DNA from: Thermoplasmata archaeon
Lineage (GTDB): Archaea; Thermoplasmatota; Thermoplasmata; Lutacidiplasmatales; UBA184
Assembly: GCA_036404475.1 (NCBI GenBank)
Contig: DASWZL010000080.1
Coordinates: 4,811-68,810, forward strand
Direction of reading: 5' to 3'
Length of the DNA: 64,000 bases
How positions within the stretch are numbered: the stretch's first letter is position 1; each line of letters begins with the position of its first letter. The notes beneath the pieces are model-generated. The model worked only from the letters and a program-made list of their open reading frames with translations. It searched no databases and was not told the origin of the DNA. Shown one piece after another: positions 26,600 through 34,802 of this stretch. The translations under genes and the position numbers were made by a program.

Positions 26600-27225
26600 T
26601 GCGTTCGCGGCCGGACCGGGACCACCGACGCGGTGGCCTTGGCCGAGCGGCCGGCCTTGGGGGATTCCCTCAGGGTGTCCAGCGTGCGTTGGCCGTGGGG
26701 GCGGGGCCCTTCGGCCGACCGGGAGCGCAACGGCCAGGCCCCTTCATGGTCGAGCAGCCATCGCTTCCGCCAGAGGCCGAGCCCGAATCCGGTGATCGCG
26801 CCTCCCTGACCGACGACCCGATGGCACGGGATGATGATCGGGATCGGGTTGCGTCGCATCGCGCCCCCGACCGCCCGGGCCGCCCCCGGGTAGCCCACTC
26901 TTTTCGCAAGCTCCCCGTACGTCACCGTGTAGCCGGCCCGAACCGCGCGCAACTCCGTCCAGACCGCGCGGTCGAACACCGACGCGGTGTCCGGCTCGAC
27001 CTCGAGGTCGAAATCCGTGCGGGTCCCTTGGAAATACTCCCGGAGCTGGCGAGGGGGGCTCGCGGGCGGGAACGGAGGGTTCCGCCGCACGGCTCCGTTC
27101 GGGAGGCCGGTCTGCGGGACCCCGTTCTCGAGGAGGTCGACGACCCGCACGCTCGAGCGGAGGTAGGTGATGCGGAACATCCCGATTGGAGTGGGGATGT
27201 CCGAGAACTGGACCGTATCGTCCAT
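26587..27225 (-). CDS. ogt: Methylated-DNA--protein-cysteine methyltransferase (Ogt/MGMT)
   Basis: 212 aa. The active site is IPCHRVV, preceded by TYGELAKRVG..ARAVGGA. An extra tail of about 50 aa follows the usual end. Confidence 0.85.
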   Translation of the reverse strand: MDDTVQFSDIPTPIGMFRITYLRSSVRVVDLLENGVPQTGLPNGAVRRNPPFPPASPPRQLREYFQGTRTDFDLEVEPDTASVFDRAVWTELRAVRAGYTVTYGELAKRVGYPGAARAVGGAMRRNPIPIIIPCHRVVGQGGAITGFGLGLWRKRWLLDHEGAWPLRSRSAEGPRPHGQRTLDTLRESPKAGRSAKATASVVPVRPRTHYPA

Positions 27226-27258
27226 CGCCCGGGAAGGTGCGTCCTTCCTTATCTCGGT

Positions 27259-27948
27259 TTATCCCGGACCCACGCTTTCGAGCCCGGTCGGCCCGATCCG
27301 GAAATCGGCCGACCCTTCGGGGAGGGAGCGGTGTTTGGTGAGGACGACCCGGCGGAGCGGGCCCGAGAGCCGGTCGAACCGAAGGATCGTCTTCGCCACA
27401 TGGTTCAGGAACGAGCCTCCGAGAGGCTCCAGCCCACCATCCCGCAGGTTCCGCCAGACCTGGTTCGTGAAGAGCACCGGGAGATGGGCGCGCAGCGCGG
27501 TCGCGACGAGGTCAGCGACCGCGAGCGATAGCGCCTGGCGCGCGTCGTCCTCGTCCGGTCCCGAGAGGGAAAGCCGATAGAAGAACGTCCCGGAGTCGAC
27601 CACGATGAGGCCGACGGGTCGCTGGCCCTCGCGCGCGAGCGCGCAGGCCGTTCCGACGGCCTTCCCCTGTCCGGCGAGGTCCTTCGGGGTCGAGAGGAGC
27701 CAGCGCCTCAGCACCCGGTCGAGGTCGTCGCCCGCTATCGCGCGCAGGCGGTCGACGCTCACTCCCTCGGTGTCGACGTAGAAGACCCAGCGGTTCTCGA
27801 GGGCCACCCGGTGCGCCACCTGGAGGCAGAAGAGGGTCTTCCCGCTCCCGCCCTCGCCGTACAGCTCGGTGATGCAATCGGTCTCGAGCCCTCCGCCCAG
27901 GAGGCGGTCGACCGAGGCGATCCCCGTCGAGCAACGATCCGGGTCCAT
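27259..27948 (-). CDS. radB: DNA repair and recombination protein RadB
   Basis: 229 aa. STGIASVDRLLGGGLE..ITELYGEGGSGKT (Walker A) and LIVVDS (Walker B) are present. It is short, with no RadA-type N-terminal HhH domain. Confidence 0.85.
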   Translation of the reverse strand: MDPDRCSTGIASVDRLLGGGLETDCITELYGEGGSGKTLFCLQVAHRVALENRWVFYVDTEGVSVDRLRAIAGDDLDRVLRRWLLSTPKDLAGQGKAVGTACALAREGQRPVGLIVVDSGTFFYRLSLSGPDEDDARQALSLAVADLVATALRAHLPVLFTNQVWRNLRDGGLEPLGGSFLNHVAKTILRFDRLSGPLRRVVLTKHRSLPEGSADFRIGPTGLESVGPG

Positions 27949-28001
27949 CCGAGCTCCGAGACCCTTCGGGACGTTAACCTATCGTCGCCGGGGGGGGTCG
28001 C

Positions 28002-29432
28002 CTAGCGGTGGAGGGGGTACGACACCCCCAGCTCGGGGGAGCGGACGGACGGGCCCGCCTTCTCGAACGCCTCGGGATGCTCGGTGTGGATGGGGTACAC
28101 GGTCCGGGCGCCGGCCGCGCGGACGATATCGAGGAGCTCGGAACCCGACGCGTGCCCGCTCGCGTGCATCTGGTGGAACTCGAGACCGAAGTGGTCGAGC
28201 CAGTTGTGCATCACTCGGTCGTCCACATCGTCCTCGCTGAACGGTTCGCTCATCGAATGGATGAACGGGCTCCCCTTCGGGGGTCTCAGGTCGATGAGCT
28301 CGGGGAAGTGCGCGAGGTCGAGCGCGAGGAGATACTTCCGTCCCCGGCTCCGTACCTCCTCCGACGGGAGCGCGTCGGCGAGGAACGGTCGTTCCCACAG
28401 GTAGGAGACCCGCTTCTTCCGAGCGTAGACACGGAGCCCTGGGGAGCGTCCGGGCACGGGGATCTCCCCCGGGGGGAAGCGAGGGGCGACCTGGGAGAGG
28501 AGGTGCGCGGTGCGGACCGACACCACGAGCTCCCGGTCGGCCGCGACTGCGGCCGCGTACAGGGTACGGAGCCGGTCGATGTCCCGAGGGTAGGTGCAGG
28601 CGAGGGCGAGCTCGGGCCGTTCCTTCAGCACCCGGTCGACCCCGCTCCGAACTCCCGCCTCGGAAAGGTTCCTCCGTGGGTCGGGTCCCGCCCGCGTCCC
28701 CTCGATCAGGAGCGCGTCCACTTTCTCGGCCGCGACGGCGTCGAAGAAGGCGTGGGTATCGCCCGCTCGGGGGCCGTGGTGTCGGAAATCCCCGGTGTAG
28801 GCGAGCGTGCCCTCAGTCGTCCGCACGAGGAACCCATAGGCGAACGGGATCGAATGGTCGACCGGGAACGGGACGACCTCGATCCCGCCGATGCGGACCG
28901 GCGTCCGGTCGGTGAAGACCTTCCACGGATGGTCGCCGTACTTCATCCGCGTGGACGTCTCGATCGCGGACAGCAGGGTCCGCGTTCCCTCGCCGACATG
29001 AACCGGGATCGACGGGTCGACCAGCTCGAGGTACCCCGCGTGGTCGGCGTGCGCGTGGCTGACAAAGATCCCGTGGACCTCGGGGGGCGCGTAGGGGAGG
29101 TCGCCGTCCCCGAGCGCCTCCTTGGCGTAGAGGCCCGAGATCCGAGGGATGAGGTCGAACTCGAGGAGGTCCTTCGCCCGGCTCGTCGACCGGGGCTGGA
29201 GGTACTCGACGTAGAACTCCTCCACGCGGGGCGAGAACGACGGGCCGAAGTCGAACAGGATCCGATCCGAACCGTCTTCGAGGAGGATCTTGTTCCCCCC
29301 GATCTCGCGGACTCCGCCCAAGAACCGGATGGTCGGCCCTTTCACGGGAGACCGAGGAGGCTCTCCCTGAAACGGTTTGTCGGTCGTGGACCGCAGGAGT
29401 TTTTCGTCCGGAGACCTTGGGAACCCGGGCAT
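28002..29432 (-). CDS. Metallo-beta-lactamase / beta-CASP ribonuclease (archaeal RNase J / aCPSF2-like)
   Basis: 476 aa. IRFLGGVREIGGN, VSHAHADHAGY (HxHxDH), GDFRH and the C-terminal MHASGHASGSEL..VYPIHTEHPE are present. GTG 29345 is a possible downstream start. Confidence 0.75.
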   Translation of the reverse strand: MPGFPRSPDEKLLRSTTDKPFQGEPPRSPVKGPTIRFLGGVREIGGNKILLEDGSDRILFDFGPSFSPRVEEFYVEYLQPRSTSRAKDLLEFDLIPRISGLYAKEALGDGDLPYAPPEVHGIFVSHAHADHAGYLELVDPSIPVHVGEGTRTLLSAIETSTRMKYGDHPWKVFTDRTPVRIGGIEVVPFPVDHSIPFAYGFLVRTTEGTLAYTGDFRHHGPRAGDTHAFFDAVAAEKVDALLIEGTRAGPDPRRNLSEAGVRSGVDRVLKERPELALACTYPRDIDRLRTLYAAAVAADRELVVSVRTAHLLSQVAPRFPPGEIPVPGRSPGLRVYARKKRVSYLWERPFLADALPSEEVRSRGRKYLLALDLAHFPELIDLRPPKGSPFIHSMSEPFSEDDVDDRVMHNWLDHFGLEFHQMHASGHASGSELLDIVRAAGARTVYPIHTEHPEAFEKAGPSVRSPELGVSYPLHR

Positions 29433-30321
29433 GGTTCCACCTCACCCACCCCTTCGTCGCCGTTCCGGACCCTCGAGGCGAGGTCGTAACCCGCTGGCGA
29501 GCCCGGCCGAGCATCGGGAGGTTCTGCGAACCGCCCGAGGGCTTGCGAACGAGCTGGACCCCGGGGGTAGGGCCGCCATCCTACTCGTGGGAAGCTGGGT
29601 CCGAGGAGACGCCTACGAAGCCTCCGACATCGACCTTTGGGTGGTCGGGAACGGACAGCGCCCACGTCAGGTGTGCCTAGACCGGGGCGGACGGTTGGTC
29701 TCGGTAAAGTACAGCACGGTCGCGGCGGAGCGTCGCGAACTGCGCAATCCGAGCCGCCTCGATGGCGCGGTTCCGGGTTGGCGGCACGCGAGGATCCTGC
29801 GCGACCCGAGGGGGGTCGCGGCGAGATTGCAACGAGAGGCCCGGGCGTTCCGCTGGCGTTCGGTCCGCCGCGCCCGCGACGCCTACATCGCAACCCAGCT
29901 CTCGGGATGGGCGGAGGAGGTCGCGAAGCTTCTACGGGCGATGGGCACCGGCGAACGGGAGACGGCGTCCGTCCAACGGAACCTGCTCGCGAACCAGATG
30001 GCGTTCCTCTGGGTCCTCCGGCGCGAACGACTGGTGGAGACGGAGAACGGTTTCTGGGAGCGGACGGCGAAGTGGGCCGGGCCGGCCTTTCGGTCCGCCC
30101 AGCGCGCGGCACTCGGGACCGACGGGGGAAGCTGGACGGCCAGTTGCGAGGGCGCGCTCCGTCTCTACTCGATCACGGCCCGAGCGAGCCTTCCGGTCCT
30201 CCGCGGCGAGAAGCGACGGATCGTCGCGGCGGCCTGCCGACGGGCCGGCTACCCGATCGAGGGACCGTTCGGCGCTAGCGCGCCTTCAGGACCTTCTTCA
30301 CGTTCGGGTGTTCCTTCGTGA
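29431..30321 (+). CDS. Pol-beta-superfamily nucleotidyltransferase with helical C-terminal domain (kanamycin-NTase-like architecture)
   Basis: LLVGSWVRGDAYEASDIDLWVV matches G-S-x(9-13)-D-x-D. About 200 aa of helical region follow. ATG 29431 shares the tetranucleotide CATG with the divergent RNase start. The 3' end overlaps rpoP by 47 nt. Confidence 0.6.
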   Translation: MVPPHPPLRRRSGPSRRGRNPLASPAEHREVLRTARGLANELDPGGRAAILLVGSWVRGDAYEASDIDLWVVGNGQRPRQVCLDRGGRLVSVKYSTVAAERRELRNPSRLDGAVPGWRHARILRDPRGVAARLQREARAFRWRSVRRARDAYIATQLSGWAEEVAKLLRAMGTGERETASVQRNLLANQMAFLWVLRRERLVETENGFWERTAKWAGPAFRSAQRAALGTDGGSWTASCEGALRLYSITARASLPVLRGEKRRIVAAACRRAGYPIEGPFGASAPSGPSSRSGVPS

Positions 30322-30409
30322 AGATCTTCCCACCGCAATTATCGCAGCGGACCCCGAAGAGGTTCGCGTCCGAGGGAAGGGCTTCCCCGCAGCGGATGCA
30401 GCGGAACAT
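30275..30409 (-). CDS. rpoP: DNA-directed RNA polymerase subunit P (Rpo12)
   Basis: 44 aa: MFRCIRCGEALPSDANLFGVRCDNCGGKIFTKEHPNVKKVLKAR. It has a CxxC..CxxC zinc ribbon and the expected position after rpl37ae. Confidence 0.8.
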   Translation of the reverse strand: MFRCIRCGEALPSDANLFGVRCDNCGGKIFTKEHPNVKKVLKAR

Positions 30410-30437
30410 GACGGCCGGTTCGACCTTCCTCGAGAGC

Positions 30438-30707
30438 TTAAGCGTTGCCCGGGGTCGGTTCTCGCTCGGTCCGCTGGATTGGGGGAGGGGCCGCGAAGAC
30501 GTACGCGTTGGACGAGTACCGGGTCCCGCAGCGGCGGCATTCGAAGACCCCGCTCGCCACACGGTGGAGCGTCACGGTCGAGCAGCGCGGACACGGGGCA
30601 TCGGGCCCGCGGGCGCGGTCGATCTCCACGACGCGACGACGGATCCGGATCCCGTACCGAGGTCCCATCCAACCGGTCGGGCCGGCCTTTTTTGTGCGCT
30701 TGCTCAT
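30438..30707 (-). CDS. rpl37ae: 50S ribosomal protein L37Ae (eL43)
   Basis: 89 aa. MSKRTKKAGPTG..YG.RIRRR, followed by a CPRC..CRRC zinc ribbon. Confidence 0.9.
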   Translation of the reverse strand: MSKRTKKAGPTGWMGPRYGIRIRRRVVEIDRARGPDAPCPRCSTVTLHRVASGVFECRRCGTRYSSNAYVFAAPPPIQRTEREPTPGNA

Positions 30708-31492
30708 GAGGTCCCTCCCTTCGCGAGGACGCGGTGGCGCTCGCCGTGGCGGAACGCCCGCCGTACGACGTCCTTCACGTCGTCCGGGGAGAACGCTCCC
30801 ACCAGGCCCTTCTGCATCGCGACGACTCGGCCGACCTCATCGGTCGCCACCGTGATCCGGCCCTGGGCCGCCCGCTCCTCGTCGAACGTGGGGTCGACGA
30901 CGATGGCGTCGCCGAGGCGGACGAACGTGCATTCGACCGGGAAGTGGTTGACCTCGAGGGGGTAATCGGCCTCGGCGATCTCGAACCGCTTCGCCGGCAC
31001 CGTCGCGTGGCTGAGCGCGCTCAGCGCCGCCAGGAGGGCGGCGTCGATGAGATTCCCCGAATGGTCCAGGACGTGGATGTCGACGTAGCAGACCCAGGTC
31101 TTCTCGCCGGGGGTAACGCAGAGGCGGGTCAGGTCGATCGTCTCGGCGGCCCGGATCGCGCGGTCGACGACCCGGGAGACCTCGATCGCCCCGGGCTGCG
31201 GTGGCCCCGGCTCGAACGTCGGGCTCGAGAGCGGGATCAGCTCGGCGTTGGTCGTGAGGACGCCCGCGTTCGGGGTGTCGGGGAACGGCTTTCCCGGCTC
31301 GAGCTTGATGCCCGCGAGGACCGCGGTGTGGCCGATCCGGACGAGGGCGGAGCCGTCCGCCGTGGTGACGAACCCCGGCTCGACCGTGATGGGGCGGTAG
31401 TCGTCGGGGCCGCGACCGTCGAGGCGCTTTCCCTCGGCCGCGAGGTCGAGGATGTGGGTCGTGAGGATCTCCGCCGAGACCTCTTCGCTCAT
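30704..31492 (-). CDS. rrp42: Exosome complex component Rrp42
   Basis: 262 aa from ATG 31492, which overlaps the rrp41 stop by 4 nt. RNase-PH-like fold: ..GKRLDGRGPDDYRPI..DGSALVRIGHTAVLAG... Confidence 0.85.
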   Translation of the reverse strand: MSEEVSAEILTTHILDLAAEGKRLDGRGPDDYRPITVEPGFVTTADGSALVRIGHTAVLAGIKLEPGKPFPDTPNAGVLTTNAELIPLSSPTFEPGPPQPGAIEVSRVVDRAIRAAETIDLTRLCVTPGEKTWVCYVDIHVLDHSGNLIDAALLAALSALSHATVPAKRFEIAEADYPLEVNHFPVECTFVRLGDAIVVDPTFDEERAAQGRITVATDEVGRVVAMQKGLVGAFSPDDVKDVVRRAFRHGERHRVLAKGGTS

Positions 31493-32238
31493 GCGGAACC
31501 TCCGATCGGCCCGGTGGCGTACCGCTCGCGGAGCGCCTGTTTCATCTTCTCGTAGATCTCGCGGCAGCCCTGCACGCCCAGCTCGAGCGCCTGCGAGAGC
31601 TCCTCCTCGGTCATGTGCCCCTCCATCTGGATCAGTACGAGGCGACCGGACTGCGGCACGAGCGCCATCGGTAGGTCGGCGTCCCCGAAGTTGTCCTCCT
31701 CCTTCTTGAGGTCGAGGGCGATCTTCCCGGCGATCTTCCCGACCGCGACGGCGGGCAGGAGGTCGACCATCGGGATCCCGGCGTCCGCAAGCGCCATCGA
31801 GGCGGCGACGAGGCCCGCGCACCGCGTCCCGGCGTTCGCCTGAAGGACCTCGATGTAGATGTCGATGCTCGTGCGGGGGTACTCCTCCGCGAAGACGACC
31901 GACTCGAACGCCTCTCCGATCACCTTCGAGATCTCCTGCGAACGACGGTCGAGCCCCGGCCGCTTCCGTTCGTCCACCGCGAATGCCGCCATGTTGTACT
32001 TGCACTGGATGACGGCCTTGTTGTTCTGCTGAAGGTGCCGGGGGTGGACCTCGCTCGGTCCGTAGACCGCCGCCATGACCTTGTTCGCCCCCCACTCCAC
32101 GAACGCCGAGCCGTCGGCGTTGTGCAGGGCGCCGACCTGAATGCGGATCGGCCGGAGTTCGTCCAATTTCCGCCCGTCAATCCGGAGCCCTTCCGGGCTC
32201 AACAGCACGGGGACCTCTTTCGCTCCTACGCTTCCCAT
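31489..32238 (-). CDS. rrp41: Exosome complex exonuclease Rrp41 (RNase PH-like)
   Basis: 249 aa. LRIDGRKLDELRPI, ADGSAFVEWGANKV, RRSQEISK and AGTRCAGL are present. Confidence 0.9.
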   Translation of the reverse strand: MGSVGAKEVPVLLSPEGLRIDGRKLDELRPIRIQVGALHNADGSAFVEWGANKVMAAVYGPSEVHPRHLQQNNKAVIQCKYNMAAFAVDERKRPGLDRRSQEISKVIGEAFESVVFAEEYPRTSIDIYIEVLQANAGTRCAGLVAASMALADAGIPMVDLLPAVAVGKIAGKIALDLKKEEDNFGDADLPMALVPQSGRLVLIQMEGHMTEEELSQALELGVQGCREIYEKMKQALRERYATGPIGGSA

Positions 32239-32265
32239 CTTCGTTCTCCTTGGATGATTGATCCG

Positions 32266-33135
32266 TCAGTGTCCGCCCGATTCGCTCGGCTCAGGGGGCT
32301 CGTCCTCGGCGTCGACCGCGTCCTCGTCCGGCTCCGCCGCACCGAGGACCCGCGGGGGGGCATCGCGATGAGCGTGCTCGTGCGGGGGCGCTTCAGGCCC
32401 TCTCGTACCGGTCGAAGTGGTCGATTGGAGGTAGCTTTCCACCCGCTCCGTCAGGCCGGAGTGCTGAGCGTTCTCCTCGATGATCCGGAGGACCTCGCTC
32501 ACGCGGTGGATCCCCTCCGGCGTACCTCCGATCCAGACCCGCCCGTTCTGGCCGACGACGACCTCGGCGCCGGTGAGACGTCGGATGGTGTCGATCATCG
32601 AGCCGTTCCGGCCCACGACCCGCGGTATGCGGGCGGGCGAGATGCGGACGATCGTCCCTCCCTCGAGCTTCCCGAGCCCTTCGCCGTTCATCGTGACGCC
32701 GATGCGCCCGGTCGCTTCGAGGCTCTCGATCTGCACTACGACCGCGTCCCCCACGCGGAGGAACCGTTCGGTCTCCCCCACGTCCACCTGCCACGGGGTC
32801 CCGGTCATGTGGAGGGGGGCCCAGCGCGGGGCGCCGATGTCAAGAAGCCAGAACGTCCCTTGGACGTCCGTGACCGTGCCGATGACGGTGTCGGCCGGCT
32901 TCGGGATGTACCGACCGGAGAGCGGGATCACTTGGACGAGCGGAGGTCGCTCGGAGAGCAGCCCCAGGACGCTCGCGTACACCTTGCCGCCCGTGCGGTA
33001 GGTCCCGGGCCCCGGTTTCAGACCCTGGGCACGGATCTCTTCACCGGGAAGAACTAGTGTCCGGTCCCCGAAGGGAGACGAGGGAGAACCCTCGCGGCCA
33101 CGAGTTCGGTGGCCCGGACGATGACCTCTGGACAT
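32266..33135 (-). CDS. rrp4: Exosome RNA-binding cap subunit Rrp4 (S1 + KH)
   Basis: 289 aa. The S1 region is GDTVIGTV.. equivalent (PADTVIGTVTDV). The KH region is PARIPRVVGRNGSMIDTI. An acidic C-terminal extension follows. Confidence 0.85.
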   Translation of the reverse strand: MSRGHRPGHRTRGREGSPSSPFGDRTLVLPGEEIRAQGLKPGPGTYRTGGKVYASVLGLLSERPPLVQVIPLSGRYIPKPADTVIGTVTDVQGTFWLLDIGAPRWAPLHMTGTPWQVDVGETERFLRVGDAVVVQIESLEATGRIGVTMNGEGLGKLEGGTIVRISPARIPRVVGRNGSMIDTIRRLTGAEVVVGQNGRVWIGGTPEGIHRVSEVLRIIEENAQHSGLTERVESYLQSTTSTGTRGPEAPPHEHAHRDAPPRVLGAAEPDEDAVDAEDEPPEPSESGGH

Positions 33136-33171
33136 GTTGCTTGCTGCACCGGGCCGCTCGACCGGCGTGCC

Positions 33172-33867
33172 CTATTTAACCAAAGCGGTCTCGATGGCGC
33201 CCTTGGTGCGCGCGCTGAGCTTCTCGTAGAGCTCGGTCTGCATTCCGGCGGGGATTTCGACGATGCCGCTCCAGTTCCCGCCCGAGAGCCAGTTCTCCTC
33301 GAGGAGGCGGCCGAGTCCCTTCACTTCGCCAATGACGTGGGGATAGAACTGGGCGGGGATCTTGATCCGGACCTTGACGACGTCGAGGCGGATCGGGATG
33401 AGCGGGCGCAGCTTCGCGAGGACCTCCTGGACCTGCTCGTCGACGGGGCGGAACGGGTCGATGTGGACCTTTGCCTCCGTCATCGCCGCCTCGATCCGGG
33501 CCGGGGGGTGCGGGGCACCGGTCTGGGGGTTCATCGCATTCCGGGCGATGGTCGCAACGACCTGCTGGCGCTTCGTCGCCTGGAGGTGGTGACGCTGCTC
33601 GGTCGTGACCTGGACCTCGCCCTTCTGGATGATGACCCGAGCGATCTCGGCGAGGTTGCGGGTGTGGAACGTCTTCTCGAGGTGCTCCTCGGAGATCTTG
33701 TCGCCCTTCTTCGCGTCCTTGAAGACCTGGTCGAGAGCGAGCTTGTCGGAGAGGTCGACCTTCTTTCCGTCCTTGAGGTCCTGGACCGCTTGCGGGTCGA
33801 CGAGGACCTCGAACCGCGAGCCCTGGGTCTCCCAGCGCGCGATGACCGCGTCCTCGACCTTCACCAT
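33172..33867 (-). CDS. sdo1: SBDS/Sdo1 ribosome maturation protein
   Basis: 231 aa. ..ARWETQGSRFEVLVDP.., ..VFKDAKKGDKISEE.., ..IQKGEVQVTTEQR.. are present. Confidence 0.9.
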   Translation of the reverse strand: MVKVEDAVIARWETQGSRFEVLVDPQAVQDLKDGKKVDLSDKLALDQVFKDAKKGDKISEEHLEKTFHTRNLAEIARVIIQKGEVQVTTEQRHHLQATKRQQVVATIARNAMNPQTGAPHPPARIEAAMTEAKVHIDPFRPVDEQVQEVLAKLRPLIPIRLDVVKVRIKIPAQFYPHVIGEVKGLGRLLEENWLSGGNWSGIVEIPAGMQTELYEKLSARTKGAIETALVK

Positions 33868-33890
33868 AGGGAACGTGAAGGGGCGCCGGT

Positions 33891-34646
33891 CTAGGGGCGG
33901 CCGGGTCGACCGGCCCCGCCCGCCGGTGGGAGGCGCTGGACGTACTTCTGGACCTCGTCCGAGGGGAAGCGTGTCATCCCCTCGCCGACCTGGGTCGAGC
34001 AGACCTCGACCTGTGAGAGGTTGCCGCCTTCCTCGAGGCCCGCTCGAAGGCCTTCGAGCGCGAGGAGGATCGCCCCGTCCCGGTCCATGCCGGGGCGGTA
34101 CTTCTGTTCAAAGAGGTCCATGACGGGTCCCTTGTTGCCGCCGGTGCTCGCGGCCTTGAAGCTCGTGAGCGAACCGGACGGCTCGGTCTCGAAGAGGTGG
34201 ACCCCGCTGTCGTCGTATCCACCGACCAGGAGCGCGGTCCCGAACGGACGGACCCCGCCGAACTGGGTGTACTGCTGCTTGTAATCGCAGACGCGACGGA
34301 CGAGGAGTTCGACCGACATCGGCTCGGCGTAGGTGACCCGGTTGATCTGGGCCGAGAGCCGGGCGTAGTCGACCAGGACGCGGGCGTCCGCGACTAGGCC
34401 CGCGGTCGCGCAGGCGATGTTCTCGTCGATCTGGTGGATCTTCTCGAGGCTCGAGGCTTCCGCGAGCTTCGGGTTCGGAATCCGTCGGTCGGCGATGAGC
34501 ACCACGCCGTCCGAATAGACGACCCCGGCCGTCGTCGCTCCGCGCCGCACCGCTTCCCGGGCGTACTCGACCTGGAAGAGCCGTCCGTCGGGCGAGAAGA
34601 CCGTGATCGCCCGGTCGTAGGCCATCTGGCCGGGTTGCATCTCCAT
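33891..34646 (-). CDS. psmA: Proteasome subunit alpha
   Basis: 251 aa. It carries the alpha-subunit signature YDRAITVFSPDGRLFQVEYA. Confidence 0.95.
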   Translation of the reverse strand: MEMQPGQMAYDRAITVFSPDGRLFQVEYAREAVRRGATTAGVVYSDGVVLIADRRIPNPKLAEASSLEKIHQIDENIACATAGLVADARVLVDYARLSAQINRVTYAEPMSVELLVRRVCDYKQQYTQFGGVRPFGTALLVGGYDDSGVHLFETEPSGSLTSFKAASTGGNKGPVMDLFEQKYRPGMDRDGAILLALEGLRAGLEEGGNLSQVEVCSTQVGEGMTRFPSDEVQKYVQRLPPAGGAGRPGRP

Positions 34647-34678
34647 GGTGAGCGCCTCGCCCGGGCACTGAGGCCCCC

Positions 34679-34685
34679 TTTATAA
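34679..34685 (-). promoter_or_regulatory. TATA box (TTTATAA) for the psmA-to-rpoP superoperon
   Basis: Centred 36 bp upstream of the psmA ATG at 34646. It is the only AT-rich heptamer in the 156-bp spacer. Confidence 0.5.
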
Positions 34686-34802
34686 CGAGCGCGCGGGGAG
34701 TAACGCTCCCGTGAGCCGGTTACGCCCCTCCCGGAGGCCGACCGTCGTCGGCGAAGGAGGCGGTCCGACAACGGTAAGAGCCGAGGACGGACCTCCCGGC
34801 CC

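Noticed and set aside
23906-27531. Very long ORFs overlapping aEF-2 (763 aa on the minus strand at 23906-26197; 1141 aa on the plus strand at 24106-27531).
   Set aside because: They are antisense or out of frame to a gene with unambiguous EF-2 motifs. Their translations are Arg/Asp/Gly/Pro-rich low complexity. This is typical stop-codon-poor shadow ORF behaviour in GC-rich DNA.
29430-29433. Divergent start codons sharing CATG (also at 3509-3512) as a special regulatory arrangement.
   Set aside because: This would leave no room for promoters. In both cases in-frame downstream starts (GTG 3594, GTG 29345) restore an intergenic spacer of about 80 bp. It is probably an artefact of longest-ORF calling.
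34694-34712. Short stem-loop (GGGAG-UAACG-CUCCC) upstream of the DUF255 gene as a regulatory RNA or terminator.
   Set aside because: It has only 5 bp and no adjacent T-run. Such hairpins are expected by chance in GC-rich sequence.
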